64,000 nucleotides of DNA from Planctomycetota bacterium (GTDB lineage Bacteria > Planctomycetota > SZUA-567 > H5-PLA8), in contig JABTUM010000001.1 of assembly GCA_015075375.1 (NCBI GenBank), positions 117,201 through 181,200 of the forward strand, given 5' to 3'. A program made the translations under genes and the position numbers. Shown one piece after another: positions 1 through 12,900 of this stretch. Under the pieces are notes generated by a model. That model made no database searches and had not been told where the DNA came from. It saw only the letters and a program-made list of their open reading frames with translations. Within the stretch, counting starts at the first letter, position 1, and every line of letters begins with the position of its first letter.

Positions 1-2309
<2,309 letters not shown>

Positions 2310-2732
2310 CTACTTTTCACGGACTTGCGGCTTCTTCCAGACCGGAAAAAGGGCTCTGGAACGAGTGCTTGCGAGCACCAGAATCGATCCCAAATGATAG
2401 CCGAAAAGAGCCCCCTCCGCCAGCCTGTGAAAACGCTTCAACTGTAATCCAGGTGCTCATTTATAAGGTTGTTCGAGCACTCGATCCCTCTTTCGGACCC
2501 GCCGCCTCTCCGTCCGGTCTCCCGGCTTAGCCGGACCGGCGTCCACAAGCGCTCCGTCCAGCCATTCCCGGCACCCCACCCGGTTGATTTATGGGTCTGT
2601 CTCGGGGCCGCATACGCTACTTGGTTGAAAGCTCCGGCGCGGCGTCGAGGCGCCGACTTATTGCGGCGGAGCATCGAAAACATGGTACAACCGCGCGCCG
2701 CCTTAATGGACGCGAACCGGGACGGGAATGTT

Positions 2733-3575
2733 ATGCGGGGCTTAAAAAACGTGCTGCTGTTCTTGCTGATCTTGAGTTCGGCAAGGGCCGCCTCGGGAGC
2801 CAGCGAAAGCGAAACCCCTCCGGTCGAGCAGCCCGGCACCTTCCGTCTGGATCGTTCGATCTTCGATACCGCCGGCGTTTTGACCTCCCTGGAAATCACG
2901 CGCCTGCAAGAACTCTGCGACGACTTTCAAATGCAGTCGGGTTACCCCGCCGGCGTGGTAATCCTAAAGCATCTCAGCGAGACCGGTTCGGCTCCAACGG
3001 ACGACAAATGGGCGGTCACCGAAAAGCTGCTAAACCAATGGAAGAGCGGGCGGAGTAATTCCGAGAACGCGGTGCTGGTCATTCTGGCAACCGAGGACCG
3101 CTACGTCTGCATTCGCTTGGGCCGGGCGTGGGGCGGCGGATACGATGCCTTGGTCAACGAAGTCATTGAGCGCGTGATGAAGCCGGCGCTCAGCAAATCG
3201 GACGCGGACGGAAAAACCAGGAAGCCCGATGTCATGGGAGCGATGATGGGCGCGCTCCAGGAGCTGATGCCTGCGATGGTGCGCGATCAGCAGTCCGCCG
3301 GCGGGGTGCTCGCTTCATCGTTACGCCGATTCTTGGCGGCCAGTTGGCTTTGGATTCTGGCCGCGCTGCATGGATTGGGCTTCGTGTACGTGCTCAGCAC
3401 CAAGGAGGACCCGCAGTGGTATCTGGCGGGGCTGCTGCTGGGATTGCCGATCTTTCTGGGCATGCTTGTGCTGGTGCTTCAGGGCGAACGATTGCGCGAC
3501 TCCGTGCTCTCGCTGCGGCGGCCGGCCGGAGCGCCCCCGTCCACGGATCGCGCCTATGCTGGCTTGAATTGGTGA
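2733..3575 (+). CDS. TPM-domain (TLP18.3/Psb32/MOLO-1 phosphatase-like) protein with signal peptide and a C-terminal TM region
   Basis: The N-terminus MRGLKNVLLFLLILSSARAASG looks like a signal peptide. The TPM core IFDTAGVLTS..AGVVILKHL..NAVLVILATEDRYVCIRLGRAWGGGYD follows. The C-terminal part is hydrophobic. The ATG at 2733 is an in-frame start inside the longer ORF 2469..3575. Confidence 0.7.
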   Translation: MRGLKNVLLFLLILSSARAASGASESETPPVEQPGTFRLDRSIFDTAGVLTSLEITRLQELCDDFQMQSGYPAGVVILKHLSETGSAPTDDKWAVTEKLLNQWKSGRSNSENAVLVILATEDRYVCIRLGRAWGGGYDALVNEVIERVMKPALSKSDADGKTRKPDVMGAMMGALQELMPAMVRDQQSAGGVLASSLRRFLAASWLWILAALHGLGFVYVLSTKEDPQWYLAGLLLGLPIFLGMLVLVLQGERLRDSVLSLRRPAGAPPSTDRAYAGLNW

Positions 3576-3612
3576 TCTTTGATCGCGTGAATACCTCAGA
3601 GGAGAAGCGCCG

Positions 3613-4224
3613 ATGACGGGCCCGGTGGCAAGCTACTTCACCGCGGCGGAACGGGAGCGGCTGCACGCGGCCGTTCGCGCGGCCGAATTGCGCACCTCCG
3701 TGACCGTGTGCCCCGTTCTGGTGTCCGAGAGCGATGCCTACGATCGCTCAGCCGATGTCATGGGCCTGTTTGGGGCGCTGCTGGCCGCGCTCCTGTTGAT
3801 GGCGCCGTACGGCGCAGATGCCGTTCCCCTGTACGTGCTGATTCCGGCGCAATTCGCGGGCTTTCTGGCCGGCGCACTAGGCTTGGGGCGCATCCCGGCA
3901 CTGCGCTACATCCTGGCCGGGCGCGCGCTGATGGAGCGCCGGGTTCGCCAAGCCGCGGAACGAGCGCTGGCCACGGCTTCACGGGACGAACGCCCCAGCA
4001 TATTGATTTACGTTTCGCTGTTCGAGCACCAGGTCGTGCTGCTCGCGGATCCTGAAGTCTCCGTGAAGGTTCGGCCGGAGGCCTGGAAGGAAGCCGTTAC
4101 GCTGGTCCGCGACGGCCTGCGGGAAGGCAAGGCCGCGGATGGCCTGTGCTTCGCCATCGAACGTTGCGCCGCAGCCACGGAAGCGTATTTCCCCGGCAGT
4201 GCGGCCCAGCAACCCGTTGCTTGA
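3613..4224 (+). CDS. TPM-domain-containing protein (short YgcG-like form), membrane-associated
   Basis: The ERERLHAAVRAAELRTSVTVCPVLV motif is typical of the TPM family. A central hydrophobic segment follows. The gene is co-oriented with, and 38 bp downstream of, the first TPM gene. Confidence 0.55.
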   Translation: MTGPVASYFTAAERERLHAAVRAAELRTSVTVCPVLVSESDAYDRSADVMGLFGALLAALLLMAPYGADAVPLYVLIPAQFAGFLAGALGLGRIPALRYILAGRALMERRVRQAAERALATASRDERPSILIYVSLFEHQVVLLADPEVSVKVRPEAWKEAVTLVRDGLREGKAADGLCFAIERCAAATEAYFPGSAAQQPVA

Positions 4225-4329
4225 GGTTAGGCTCAGTCCCGAAACGCTTCTTGGGCATCTGCTTGCGGGGACATACGCAGAGCTTCGTCCGCGCGGCGCA
4301 TAGGCTTTTTAAGCGTTTCGAGACAGCGC

Positions 4330-4827
4330 CTAGTGCGCCCGAGTGGCTTGGCGGTCGGGCTCGGACGGCGAACCGGAACCCTTGAACTCTTGGCGATTAT
4401 CCGGCGTAATCGGCTGCCGGCCCGTAAAGCCTGCCTGGATTTCGTGGTAGAAGCCGATGTGGTCACCTTCGCCCAGCATCCAGCACAGGTACACGTCGCG
4501 ACCTCGAAAGCGGCTGTGGAAATCGATCAGGCCCTTTCGCCAATCCTTTAGTTCCACCCCAAGCCGGTCCAGTTCGGCCAGATAGCGCCGCAAATCGTCT
4601 TCGTGGATCTCGATCTCTCTCTCCAGGCGAAAGGCTTCTTCTTCCGCGCGTGAGCCCGGATTTAACGGCGCGCCTAACGCTCGGCGGCGCTGTCCGGTCT
4701 GTTCGCGGCGCGTAAAAGTGGCCACGATGTCGGTCACGATCCGGCGTACCAAAAGCAGCGCACGTTCGGCCTCATCCACGGTATAGAACATTACGGCTGG
4801 CATCGTGCGTTCGTCTCCCGGCTGCAA
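4330..4827 (-). CDS. DUF2203 family protein
   Basis: The motifs FYTVDEA, ELKDWRKGLIDF and YLCWMLGE..IGFYH match DUF2203 signatures. The start could be 4827 or 4803. Confidence 0.55.
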   Translation of the reverse strand: MQPGDERTMPAVMFYTVDEAERALLLVRRIVTDIVATFTRREQTGQRRRALGAPLNPGSRAEEEAFRLEREIEIHEDDLRRYLAELDRLGVELKDWRKGLIDFHSRFRGRDVYLCWMLGEGDHIGFYHEIQAGFTGRQPITPDNRQEFKGSGSPSEPDRQATRAH

Positions 4828-4894
4828 GGCCCAAGTCCACTGGAGAGTTTCGCGGGGAATCCCCTTTTTCGCAAGGGGGCGCTTGAACTCGAGT

Positions 4895-5200
4895 TCAGCC
4901 GATCCGCTTGGCCATGCCGGAAGTCGGGGGCGTCGACCAGCGCTTACGGTCCTCTTCCGTGATCTCGAATTTGAACTGCCCCTTCGCGCAGCGGCGCATG
5001 ATCGTCTCCAGGTCCGGCCAGCAGGTATGGCAGCCGCACCCTGCGCGCGTAGCCTCGTTGATCTCTTCGACGTTCTTGAGACCCAGGATACGAATCGCCA
5101 TCTCGATCTCGCGCTCGGTCACGCTGAAGCAGTAGCAGACCTGCTGGTCCAGCGGCGGCGGCGGCGTGTGTCCGGGGGTAAACGGCTGGGCATCGCTCAT
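4895..5200 (-). CDS. bfd: BFD-like [2Fe-2S]-binding domain protein (bacterioferritin-associated ferredoxin-like)
   Basis: The CYCFSVTEREI..GCGCHTCWPD cysteine pattern indicates a BFD-like domain. The start is trimmed to the ATG at 5200 (MSDAQPF) because the longer ORF runs into feoB. The gene lies directly downstream of feoB. Confidence 0.6.
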   Translation of the reverse strand: MSDAQPFTPGHTPPPPLDQQVCYCFSVTEREIEMAIRILGLKNVEEINEATRAGCGCHTCWPDLETIMRRCAKGQFKFEITEEDRKRWSTPPTSGMAKRIG

Positions 5201-5247
5201 GGTGATATCGCGGGATCCTGGCTCCGATCCGGAAGTATACCCCACGC

Positions 5248-7434
5248 CTACAGCCAGAGGCGACCCACTTGGTAGGTAACGAACGAAGCCAAGTAGGCCA
5301 ATGCGGTCATGTAGAAGAAGGTGAACCCCGCCCATTTCCAGGAGTTTGTCTCGCGTTTGATGGTCGCCACGGTCGCGCCGCACTGGCAGCAGAGCGCAAA
5401 AAACACCATGATCGAAAGCGCTACAGGCAGGTTAAAGACGCGTTTACCGTCCGGCCACTCAGAGGCCTGCATGCGCTCGATCAGCGGCTTGCGGCTTTCT
5501 TCGTCGTCCACGTCCACATCGTCGCCCACGTCGTAAATGATGCCCAAGGTGGCCACGATCACTTCCCGCGCCGGAAAGCTTGCCAGCGCCGCCATCCCGA
5601 TGCGCCAATCCCAACCCAGCGGCTTGAATGCGGGTTCCAGCGCGTGCCCGATCCGCCCGAACCAACTTTGTCGCGCCAACGCGCCGCGCTCGCGCCGGTC
5701 CAGCGCTTCCAGTTCCGCGGTGCGATCGTCTTCGGACAGTTCCCGCGCCTCCAACGCTTCGCGCTCGGCCTGGAACTGCTCCCGCAAATCTTCACCACGC
5801 GGGTAGTAGCTCAGCGCCCAGATCACCACGGAAATCGCCAAAATAATCGTCCCGGCCCGGATCACGAAGGCGCGAACGGCATCCCACACGCGCAGGCCGA
5901 TATTTCGTAAGCGCGGCCGCTGGTAGGGAGGTAATTCCATCACGAACGGAGGCGTGGGGCCTTTCAGGATCGTATGCTTGAACAGGAAGGCCGCACCGAT
6001 GGCCGTTACGATTCCTAAAAAATACATCCCCGTAAAGACCAACCCCTGCAAGCTCAGCACACCGCCGACTCGCAGGTCGGGAACGAAGGCGACCGCCATC
6101 AGCGCGTACACGGGAATGCGCGCCGAACAGCTCATCAGCGGCGCCACCAGGATCGTCACCAGCCGGTCCCGCGAATTGGAGATAGTGCGCGCCGACATGA
6201 CCCCAGGAATCGCGCATGCGAAGGAACTCATCAGGGGGATGAAGCTGTGGCCGCTCAGGCCACAAAAGCGCAGCACGCGATCCATCAAGAACGCTGCACG
6301 CGCCATGTAGCCGCAGTCTTCGAGCAACGCAATGAACAGGAAAAGAAAAACGATCTGAGGCAGGAATATCAGCACACCGCCCACGCCGGCAACGATGCCG
6401 TCCACGAGCAGGCTTTCCAGCGCTCCGCCCGCCCAACGGGTATCTGCAAATGCGCCGGAAACGGCCTCGCCCAAGGTGCCAAAGCCACCATCGATCCAGT
6501 CCATCACCGGACCCGCCCATTCGAAGATGAGCATGAATACCGCGGTCATCAAGGCCAGGAAGACCAGGCTGCCCGCGAGCCGGTGGGTCAATACACGGTC
6601 CAGGCGATCGGTAAGCGAAGCGCCGACCGCTCTGCGGCTGACATGCGGCGCGACGGCTTGCGCGATCCAGCCGTAGCGCGCCTGGGCCTCGTACGCCGCC
6701 GGAACCTTCCCCGAGACGCGCAGGCGCTCCCGCGCCTCGCTCAGCGCTTGGCGCGCCTTTTCACCCCGGGATGCGACGAGATCCAACTCCACCGTGCCGC
6801 CGGCATCCACCAGCGCGCGCAACGCCATGCAGCGCTCTTGCCCCAATTCGCGTTCAAGCCCTTCCACTTCCCGCGCGAACGGCTCGGGAAAAGTCCAGGC
6901 GGGCTGGGCCGGCGCGGCGTCCAAATGGCTTTGTATCGCCGCACGCAAGTCCTCGATGCCTTCGCCGCGTGCGGCCACCAGCGGAACCACCGGAATGCCC
7001 AAGGAGCGGGACAGTCCGGCCGGATCGACCGACATGCCCGCCTTGGCGGCCATGTCGGTCATGTTCAATGCGACCACCACCGGCCGTCCAACTTCCATCA
7101 CTTGAGTTACGAGATAAAGATTGCGCTCCAAATTGCTGGCGTCGACGATCACCACCACCAGGTCGGGGCGCGGTTCGCCGTCCTGTTCGCCCAGCAAGAC
7201 GCGGACAGCCACCATTTCGTCGGGGCTGTGCGCCGCGAGGCTGTAGGTGCCCGGAAGGTCCAGCACCTCCACGCCTTCGGACATGCGCCCGACCTTCTTT
7301 TCCACCGTCACGCCCGGGTAATTGCCAACCCGCTGGGAAAGACCGGTCAGCGCGTTGAAGAGGGTCGTTTTTCCGGTATTGGGATTGCCGATCAGCGCCA
7401 CACGCCGCACGCGCGCCTGGGTCGTCGAACTCAT
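5248..7434 (-). CDS. feoB: ferrous iron transport protein B
   Basis: The N-terminal G-domain (VALIGNPNTGKTTLFNALTG, DLPGTYSL) is followed by a polytopic membrane domain. The protein is 728 aa. Confidence 0.95.
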   Translation of the reverse strand: MSSTTQARVRRVALIGNPNTGKTTLFNALTGLSQRVGNYPGVTVEKKVGRMSEGVEVLDLPGTYSLAAHSPDEMVAVRVLLGEQDGEPRPDLVVVIVDASNLERNLYLVTQVMEVGRPVVVALNMTDMAAKAGMSVDPAGLSRSLGIPVVPLVAARGEGIEDLRAAIQSHLDAAPAQPAWTFPEPFAREVEGLERELGQERCMALRALVDAGGTVELDLVASRGEKARQALSEARERLRVSGKVPAAYEAQARYGWIAQAVAPHVSRRAVGASLTDRLDRVLTHRLAGSLVFLALMTAVFMLIFEWAGPVMDWIDGGFGTLGEAVSGAFADTRWAGGALESLLVDGIVAGVGGVLIFLPQIVFLFLFIALLEDCGYMARAAFLMDRVLRFCGLSGHSFIPLMSSFACAIPGVMSARTISNSRDRLVTILVAPLMSCSARIPVYALMAVAFVPDLRVGGVLSLQGLVFTGMYFLGIVTAIGAAFLFKHTILKGPTPPFVMELPPYQRPRLRNIGLRVWDAVRAFVIRAGTIILAISVVIWALSYYPRGEDLREQFQAEREALEARELSEDDRTAELEALDRRERGALARQSWFGRIGHALEPAFKPLGWDWRIGMAALASFPAREVIVATLGIIYDVGDDVDVDDEESRKPLIERMQASEWPDGKRVFNLPVALSIMVFFALCCQCGATVATIKRETNSWKWAGFTFFYMTALAYLASFVTYQVGRLWL

Positions 7435-7652
7435 GGCTGAATTTCCACGCCTGCGGCTTCAGAACGGCGCAGCGAGAGCGCGTATCCGCCGACTTTGATC
7501 TCGATCGGATCGCCCAGCGGTGCGACGCGAATCACCTGAATCCGCGCGCCTTCGATCAGGCCCATCTCGAGCAAGCGCTGGCCGATCGGTCCGTCACCGG
7601 CCGTGCGTGTCACGACGCCGCCTTGTCCCGGTTGACACTCGCTCAAAAGCAT
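7431..7652 (-). CDS. feoA: ferrous iron transport protein A
   Basis: This 73-aa FeoA SH3-like domain (LSECQPGQGGVVTRT..GLIEGARIQVIRVAPLGDPIEIKV) has a stop that overlaps the feoB start (ATGA). Confidence 0.85.
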   Translation of the reverse strand: MLLSECQPGQGGVVTRTAGDGPIGQRLLEMGLIEGARIQVIRVAPLGDPIEIKVGGYALSLRRSEAAGVEIQP

Positions 7653-7664
7653 GACCGTATAATC

Positions 7665-7904
7665 CTAGCGAGCGTCGGAGGCCGTTGAAGCGGCTTCCGG
7701 CGGCTGGGCCGTCAAGTGTTCAATCTGGGAGACCGCCCGGGAAGTGCTCTTGGCGCATCCGGAAGTGCCGCAGCCACAGGAATTAGAAGGCTGAAATGCG
7801 CGGAACAGACTGCGGGCGCAGAAACCAGCGGCAACACATACGACCGCGCCGACCAGAACCGATTCTAACCACATATCCGGCCGCCCCATTCGCCCGCCGC
7901 TCAA
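7665..7904 (-). CDS. FeoB-associated Cys-rich small membrane protein (FeoC-like position)
   Basis: The sequence MWLESVLVGAVVCVAAGFCARS..CGCGTSGCAKS has one TM helix followed by a CGCG..C cluster. The true start is likely the internal ATG at about 7874. Confidence 0.5.
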   Translation of the reverse strand: MSGGRMGRPDMWLESVLVGAVVCVAAGFCARSLFRAFQPSNSCGCGTSGCAKSTSRAVSQIEHLTAQPPEAASTASDAR

Positions 7905-8185
7905 GCTTCGGCGACTACGAGTTCGCGTGCTTGGGCGGAACAGAGCGCCAGCTTGGAACCGCCAATGCGCAACACCACGTCGCCACCTTTATGGCCGCCC
8001 GCCACTTGAACGCAGGCCCCTGGAAACAAGCCCAGTTCTCCTAAGCGCCGCGCGCAAACCGGATCGCCGCATACTTCGAGCACCACCACGGTTCGCCCCA
8101 CGGTCACTTCGTTCAAAATCAGCCGTTCCGCAGGCGGCGCCACTTGGGCGCCATTCCCGCGTAGGTGCGTCACGGCCGCTTTCAT
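7901..8185 (-). CDS. second FeoA-family protein
   Basis: LNEVTVGRTVVVLEV..RLGELGLFPGACVQVAGGHKGGDVVLRIGGSKLAL is a FeoA fold. The start is trimmed to MKAAV at 8185. Confidence 0.6.
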   Translation of the reverse strand: MKAAVTHLRGNGAQVAPPAERLILNEVTVGRTVVVLEVCGDPVCARRLGELGLFPGACVQVAGGHKGGDVVLRIGGSKLALCSAQARELVVAEA

Positions 8186-8384
8186 GCGCGAAAGGACACG
8201 CGGAATCGCAGACCAGCCGTCGCGAGACGCGCCACCCAACCCTACCACCGCGCCGCGACCGGACTTTCTTGAGGCGCGAATGGAAGAGGAAGGCATGGGG
8301 CACTCCACAAGATCGGTTTGGACTGCATTACCACGAGTCTAGCTACAACTTACTTTCAACTCGAGATGCTGTCCACCGCCTCAC

Positions 8385-8401
8385 TTGAGAATAATTCTCA
8401 A
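8385..8401. promoter_or_regulatory. Fur-box-like 7-1-7 perfect palindrome upstream of the feo operon
   Basis: TTGAGAAT-A-ATTCTCAA is a perfect inverted repeat resembling the Fur consensus TGATAAT-N-ATTATCA. It lies 80-200 bp upstream of the first feo-cluster gene. Confidence 0.45.
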
Positions 8402-8596
8402 TGCAGTCCCATTAACTCTACGCTATGGAGAATCCGGGTCAAGGATATTCCCTGATCAATAGCCCTTTACCCAACCGTCGGAATCGACCTGCCCACCCTG
8501 CGGCATAAGGCCTTCCTCCTGCGGTCCATTGCGTCAGGCCGCCAGTCCGCTACCATACCGACCGGGTTCGCGGTCCTGAAGGCCTGCGGAGCCACT

Positions 8597-8673
8597 CGGG
8601 GCGTAGTTCAGCTTGGTAGAACGCCTGGTTTGGGACCAGGAGGTCGCAGGTTCGAATCCTGTCGCCCCGACCA
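8597..8673 (+). tRNA. tRNA-Pro (anticodon UGG)
   Basis: The acceptor stem CGGGGCG/CGCCCCG and the anticodon stem-loop CCTGG-TTTGGGA-CCAGG give anticodon TGG. The T-arm GGTTCGAATCC and an encoded CCA 3' end are present. Length is 77 nt. Confidence 0.9.
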
Positions 8674-8728
8674 CCCTCCCTGAAGGTAAGAGCGCCCGAC
8701 ACCGCGCCGTCTGCACCCAGCACTCCGA

Positions 8729-9859
8729 TTACTTGCCCTGAAACGAGAGCAGCTTCGTACGCGCCGGCGTATGCCATTCGGCGTTGAACCGGCCCGGAGC
8801 ATCGGGGGCAGGCAGCTTTTCTTGACTCAAGTCGCGCACAATGGCCACGGCCATGTCGCGATGATCGTATGAGATCAGTTGCGTGGGACTTCCCACTCCT
8901 TTGAGCGCCTGAGGCATCTCGCTTCGAAAAATCATGCAGCGCGCCGAGCGCATCACATTCGCAAGCCGTTCCGGTTGCCGGCGGCAGAGTTGCACGTACC
9001 AGTAGTCCCGTTCGAAAACGAGCCCCTCGTCCGGCCGCACGGCCAGCGTTTCGAGGTACGTCTCGGGCTTAACTCGGCCCCCAGGCGCGTATCGAACGCC
9101 GAATCCTTGTGCGCGGAGCAGGGTCTCCAATTCGTCCGGCTGGCGTGGAATATGTGCGGAACTGGGGCATGGCACCAACGCCAACGAGAGACCCGCTTCG
9201 CGCCACTCGCGCAGCCCCTGCGTCAAAGCGGCCGTTCGATCCAGCCGGTACAAGGCGGGAAAGGGCGACGCCAAGGCGTCGATCACCACGACCCGCAGGC
9301 CGGCATCTGAAATCATGCCGACCGTGTTGCGATCGGCTTCCGCGGGGCAGAACCAGATCAGGAAATCCAGACTGCGCCTTAATATGCCGCGCAGGAACGA
9401 ACGCCGAATCTCCTGCCCTTGAGAGTAGAAGATGAAATTCGCCACGAAGGATTGATGCCGAAGCTCCTCTTCCAGAGTCGTGAAAAAGGTGCGCCATTCG
9501 GAGTACAGCAAAAAACCCGGCAGCCAGATTGGAATGCCGACAATGCCGCGAACGGTCGAACGCGCTTGAGAGTGTCGCGAAGGGATTTCCGTGGAACTGC
9601 TGCGGATTGTGACCAAGCGCCCTTCGCCGCGCAAACGCTCGTACGCTCGAGCAACCGAACGAAGCGGCACGCGGAAAAATGCGGCCACATCGCGTAACGC
9701 GTAAAAGGTACGCGGGCGAGTGCGGCGCAATCGTCCCACCGCTGCGCGCAGGTGCTCCTCGAGCAGCGCCTGCCGGTTGGCTTCCGGCGGAAAGCCGGTG
9801 AAATCGGCGAAAGCCTGCGCAAGCGGAGGCAGGTCACGGGATACTCGTCTGCGCGCCAT
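8729..9859 (-). CDS. GntR-family transcriptional regulator with LacI-type periplasmic-binding-like effector domain
   Basis: The N-terminal winged helix-turn-helix FYALRDVAAFFRVPLRSVARAYERLRGEGRLVTIRSSST matches the GntR family. The remainder resembles a sugar-binding-fold domain. The gene is divergent from the large secreted-protein genes. Confidence 0.7.
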   Translation of the reverse strand: MARRRVSRDLPPLAQAFADFTGFPPEANRQALLEEHLRAAVGRLRRTRPRTFYALRDVAAFFRVPLRSVARAYERLRGEGRLVTIRSSSTEIPSRHSQARSTVRGIVGIPIWLPGFLLYSEWRTFFTTLEEELRHQSFVANFIFYSQGQEIRRSFLRGILRRSLDFLIWFCPAEADRNTVGMISDAGLRVVVIDALASPFPALYRLDRTAALTQGLREWREAGLSLALVPCPSSAHIPRQPDELETLLRAQGFGVRYAPGGRVKPETYLETLAVRPDEGLVFERDYWYVQLCRRQPERLANVMRSARCMIFRSEMPQALKGVGSPTQLISYDHRDMAVAIVRDLSQEKLPAPDAPGRFNAEWHTPARTKLLSFQGK

Positions 9860-9868
9860 GCAACCATT

Positions 9869-9878
9869 ATGTATACAT
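9869..9878. promoter_or_regulatory. perfect palindrome ATGTATACAT in the divergent promoter region (candidate GntR operator)
   Basis: This 10-bp perfect palindrome sits in the 106-bp intergenic region between the GntR gene start (9859) and the large-protein start (9966). It contains the GT-N-AC core typical of GntR operators. Confidence 0.4.
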
Positions 9879-9965
9879 TGTGTTTCTACCGCAAGCGTTC
9901 GCCGCTCGGACTATACAGTGGAACGCCGCGAGTCGGCAGGCGCGGTCATCCTGAAGGAGTCCACC

Positions 9966-12900
9966 ATGCGTACTCCAGTCCTGTGCTTCGTAGTGCTACT
10001 TCTTGCCCTGCCTACACTTGCGGCCGATAAGCCTAAACCGGAGGGCGGCAAGAAATCCAAAGAGCGCCGTGCTCAGGAAGCCGAACCGGCGCCTCCGCCC
10101 GGTCCGCAAGTTTTGCTCCCGCTGGGCCGAACTGCCTACCAGACCAACGAACGCGTCGATCTGGCCTACCTCCGCTACGGTACGGACGCGCTGCCCGCCG
10201 GCACGCTGGAACTCCAACTGGCCGGCCCTGCGGGCAGTGCGTTCGAGACCTCTTTCCCAGTGGAAGCCGTACCGGCCGCAAACGGTGCGGCGCAGCGGAC
10301 CGAACACTTTCGACTCGACGCACGCTTGCTTCGTCCGGGCTCGTACGTAGCGACGATACGTTGCGACGGTGCAACCCAACAGCTCGCCTTCGATATCCAC
10401 TCGCACATCCGCAAGACCAGCTTTCGCATCATCGATTGGGGCGGCAGCGGCAACGGAGCCGATCAGGTGCGCTGCGGCGAGGAAGGCACCGGCATCAACT
10501 TGATGCTCGCCTCGTCGGCGGGGCACGACCAGAGCGCCAACATCCGCGGCGGTATGGATTACATGCGCAACTGTACGATGGGCGGCGGGCACCAGATGGA
10601 TCTGAACCGGAACAACGACTGGTCAGACCCCAGTGTCCTGACCGGCGGAATGGCTCGCGTGGCGCGCCAAGCGCTGCGCGACCGGACCAGCGGGAATACC
10701 ATCGGCGTACACTTCTACGACGAACCGGGGCTGACTTGGCTCAAACATCACCGCACCGGGATCGACAGCCCCAACAACATCCCTTCCCAGGATTGGGCCT
10801 ATAAAGCCACCTTGGGCGAAGAGCCCGTTCAATACGACTCGATCGATCCCGTGAAGCCTGCCGACGTCGACGCTTGGGAACGAGTGCTGCGCCAGAAACA
10901 GGTCTACCTCGAAGCCGGGTGGCGCATGGGACGCTTCGCCGTCGAGTGGGTCGATCCGCGGCTGCTCTCGGCGACCCAGAGCATGTACGGCTGGCTGGCG
11001 TTCGGCGACGGCTATTACTTCAATGTCACTCGCTCGCTCCCGGTCAACAGCGGTCACGGCGGATACGACGATCTGGCTGGTGGATTCCTCGCCCCGGGAT
11101 TCTTTTATGAGTTCGGACGCATGCGCGACTACGCCAAGCCGGCGTGGTACCTCCCGCATTGGTGGGACCAGACGGCCTCCCCGCTCTTCCGGCTTGAACA
11201 GTACCTCACGTTCATGACCGGCGTACAGGGCATCGCCATCCCGCCGGGCACGCGCACCGAAGCGCCCGGTACCGGCAACCAGGATGACGGCATGCTGGAA
11301 TCCAACCGGCTGATGGCGCGGCTGGGCACCATCTTCCATGCGATGCCGCTCACACGCCCGCCCGTGGCGATCCTCTATTCCATGTCGCAGAACGCGCTGG
11401 CCAGCGTGCGCAGCGAAAACCTCCTGCTCACCCAGGACTTCCCCGGGCAGGTAGAGCGTCTGCTGATGACGTACGTTGCCGGCAAGATGGCGCATCAACC
11501 GCTTTTTCCTATCGTGGAAGAGGATGTCCTGGATGGGACCCTGACCGCGAACCATCGCGCCGTAATTTTGACGGGCATCGAACGCCTGGATTCCAAGGTG
11601 GTCACGGCATTAAGCGCCTATGCCGCAGCCGGCGGGCACGTTTGGCTCACCGACGATTGCAAGATGGACATCCCCGGCTCGCGACGCCTGGGTGCGGAGA
11701 CCCACACCAAGATTTACGAAGAAGCCCAACGCGTGTTCCGCGACGAGACTATTCACCCGCTCTTGCGCCGCAACTTGGGCTGCGCAGCGCGCAGCGCGCA
11801 AGCGTACTACCGTGCGTGCGGTCCGCTGGCCGAGGCGCTGAAGCAACGCTGCGCCGAAGCCGGCATCGCGCCGGTGCTCGAGTGCGATCATCCGCAGGTC
11901 TTCGCCACTCGCCACGCACAGGGCGACGTCGAATATTTCTTCCTGGCCAACGCCAACTCCGACGACGCCGAAGTGAAGGAAGGCCGCTTCAACGCGACAC
12001 GTCCGGCGCGCGCTCAAGTGGCGCTGCCTCATGCGCAGGGCGCGCTGTACGACGCCGTTCGCGGTGGGCCGGCTTCCGAGTTTACGCTGACCGATGGCAA
12101 ACTCACGGCCGATCTCCGCTTCGGCAGCGGACAGATGCGAGTCTTCGCGCGAACGGTCCGGCCGATCGCAGCCGTCCAGGTTTTTACCCCGCTTGTGCGA
12201 TCTGGCGACTACGCCTTCGACCATGTCCCGCCGGTGGCCCTGGAGCTGCAAGCCGTCGTCCTCGACGACCGCGGTCAGGTTTTGAATGGCGCGATTCCGC
12301 TCGCCGTGCGCGTAACCGATCCGCTCGGCGAAGTGCGCTTCGACCTGTTCCGAGCGACCGAGCAAGGGGTGCTTCGCGTTCAACTTCCCTTGGGCGTAAA
12401 CGACGCGCCCGGCACTTGGCGGGTGGCGGTCAAAGAGCTATTGAGTCAGAAGGAAGGCGAGCAGCACTTCGTCACCCAGGCGCCGGCGCAGTGCGGTGCG
12501 CTGCTGGGCGCCACCCGCCGAGCGGTTTACCTCCCGGCAGACGAGGCCAACATGTTCCGCTTTTTCCGGCTGCATCGGAACGTGGCGCTGGTCGTGGGCA
12601 ACGCCGAATTCCATAAAACACAAGCCGAGCGGCTCGCGGAAACACTGGCGCGCTGGAACATCGCCTGCACGGTGGTCCCGGCTGCTTCGTTGAAGAAGAA
12701 AGAACGCAATAAGGAGATGACGAAAAACTGGCCGGGCGCGCAGGGGCATCCGGATCTCGACATGCCTGGCGAAGCCGCGATTCTCTTCGGCGCACCGGAG
12801 GACGATGCGCTGATTGCGGCGATGTGCCCCACCGCCAAAGCGCCCAAAAACCTGGCGCCCTACACGCCCTTGCGGGATTGTTACCCTGGCCGAGGTCGCG

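Noticed and set aside
6247-7440. 397-aa plus-strand ORF opposite feoB
   Set aside because: It is antisense to the convincing FeoB reading frame. It is Arg/His-rich with no domain signal.
9720-9965. Upstream extension of the first large secreted protein (ORF starting at 9720)
   Set aside because: The extension is Arg/Cys-rich. It overlaps the divergent promoter and the GntR gene start. The internal ATG at 9966 gives a canonical signal peptide.
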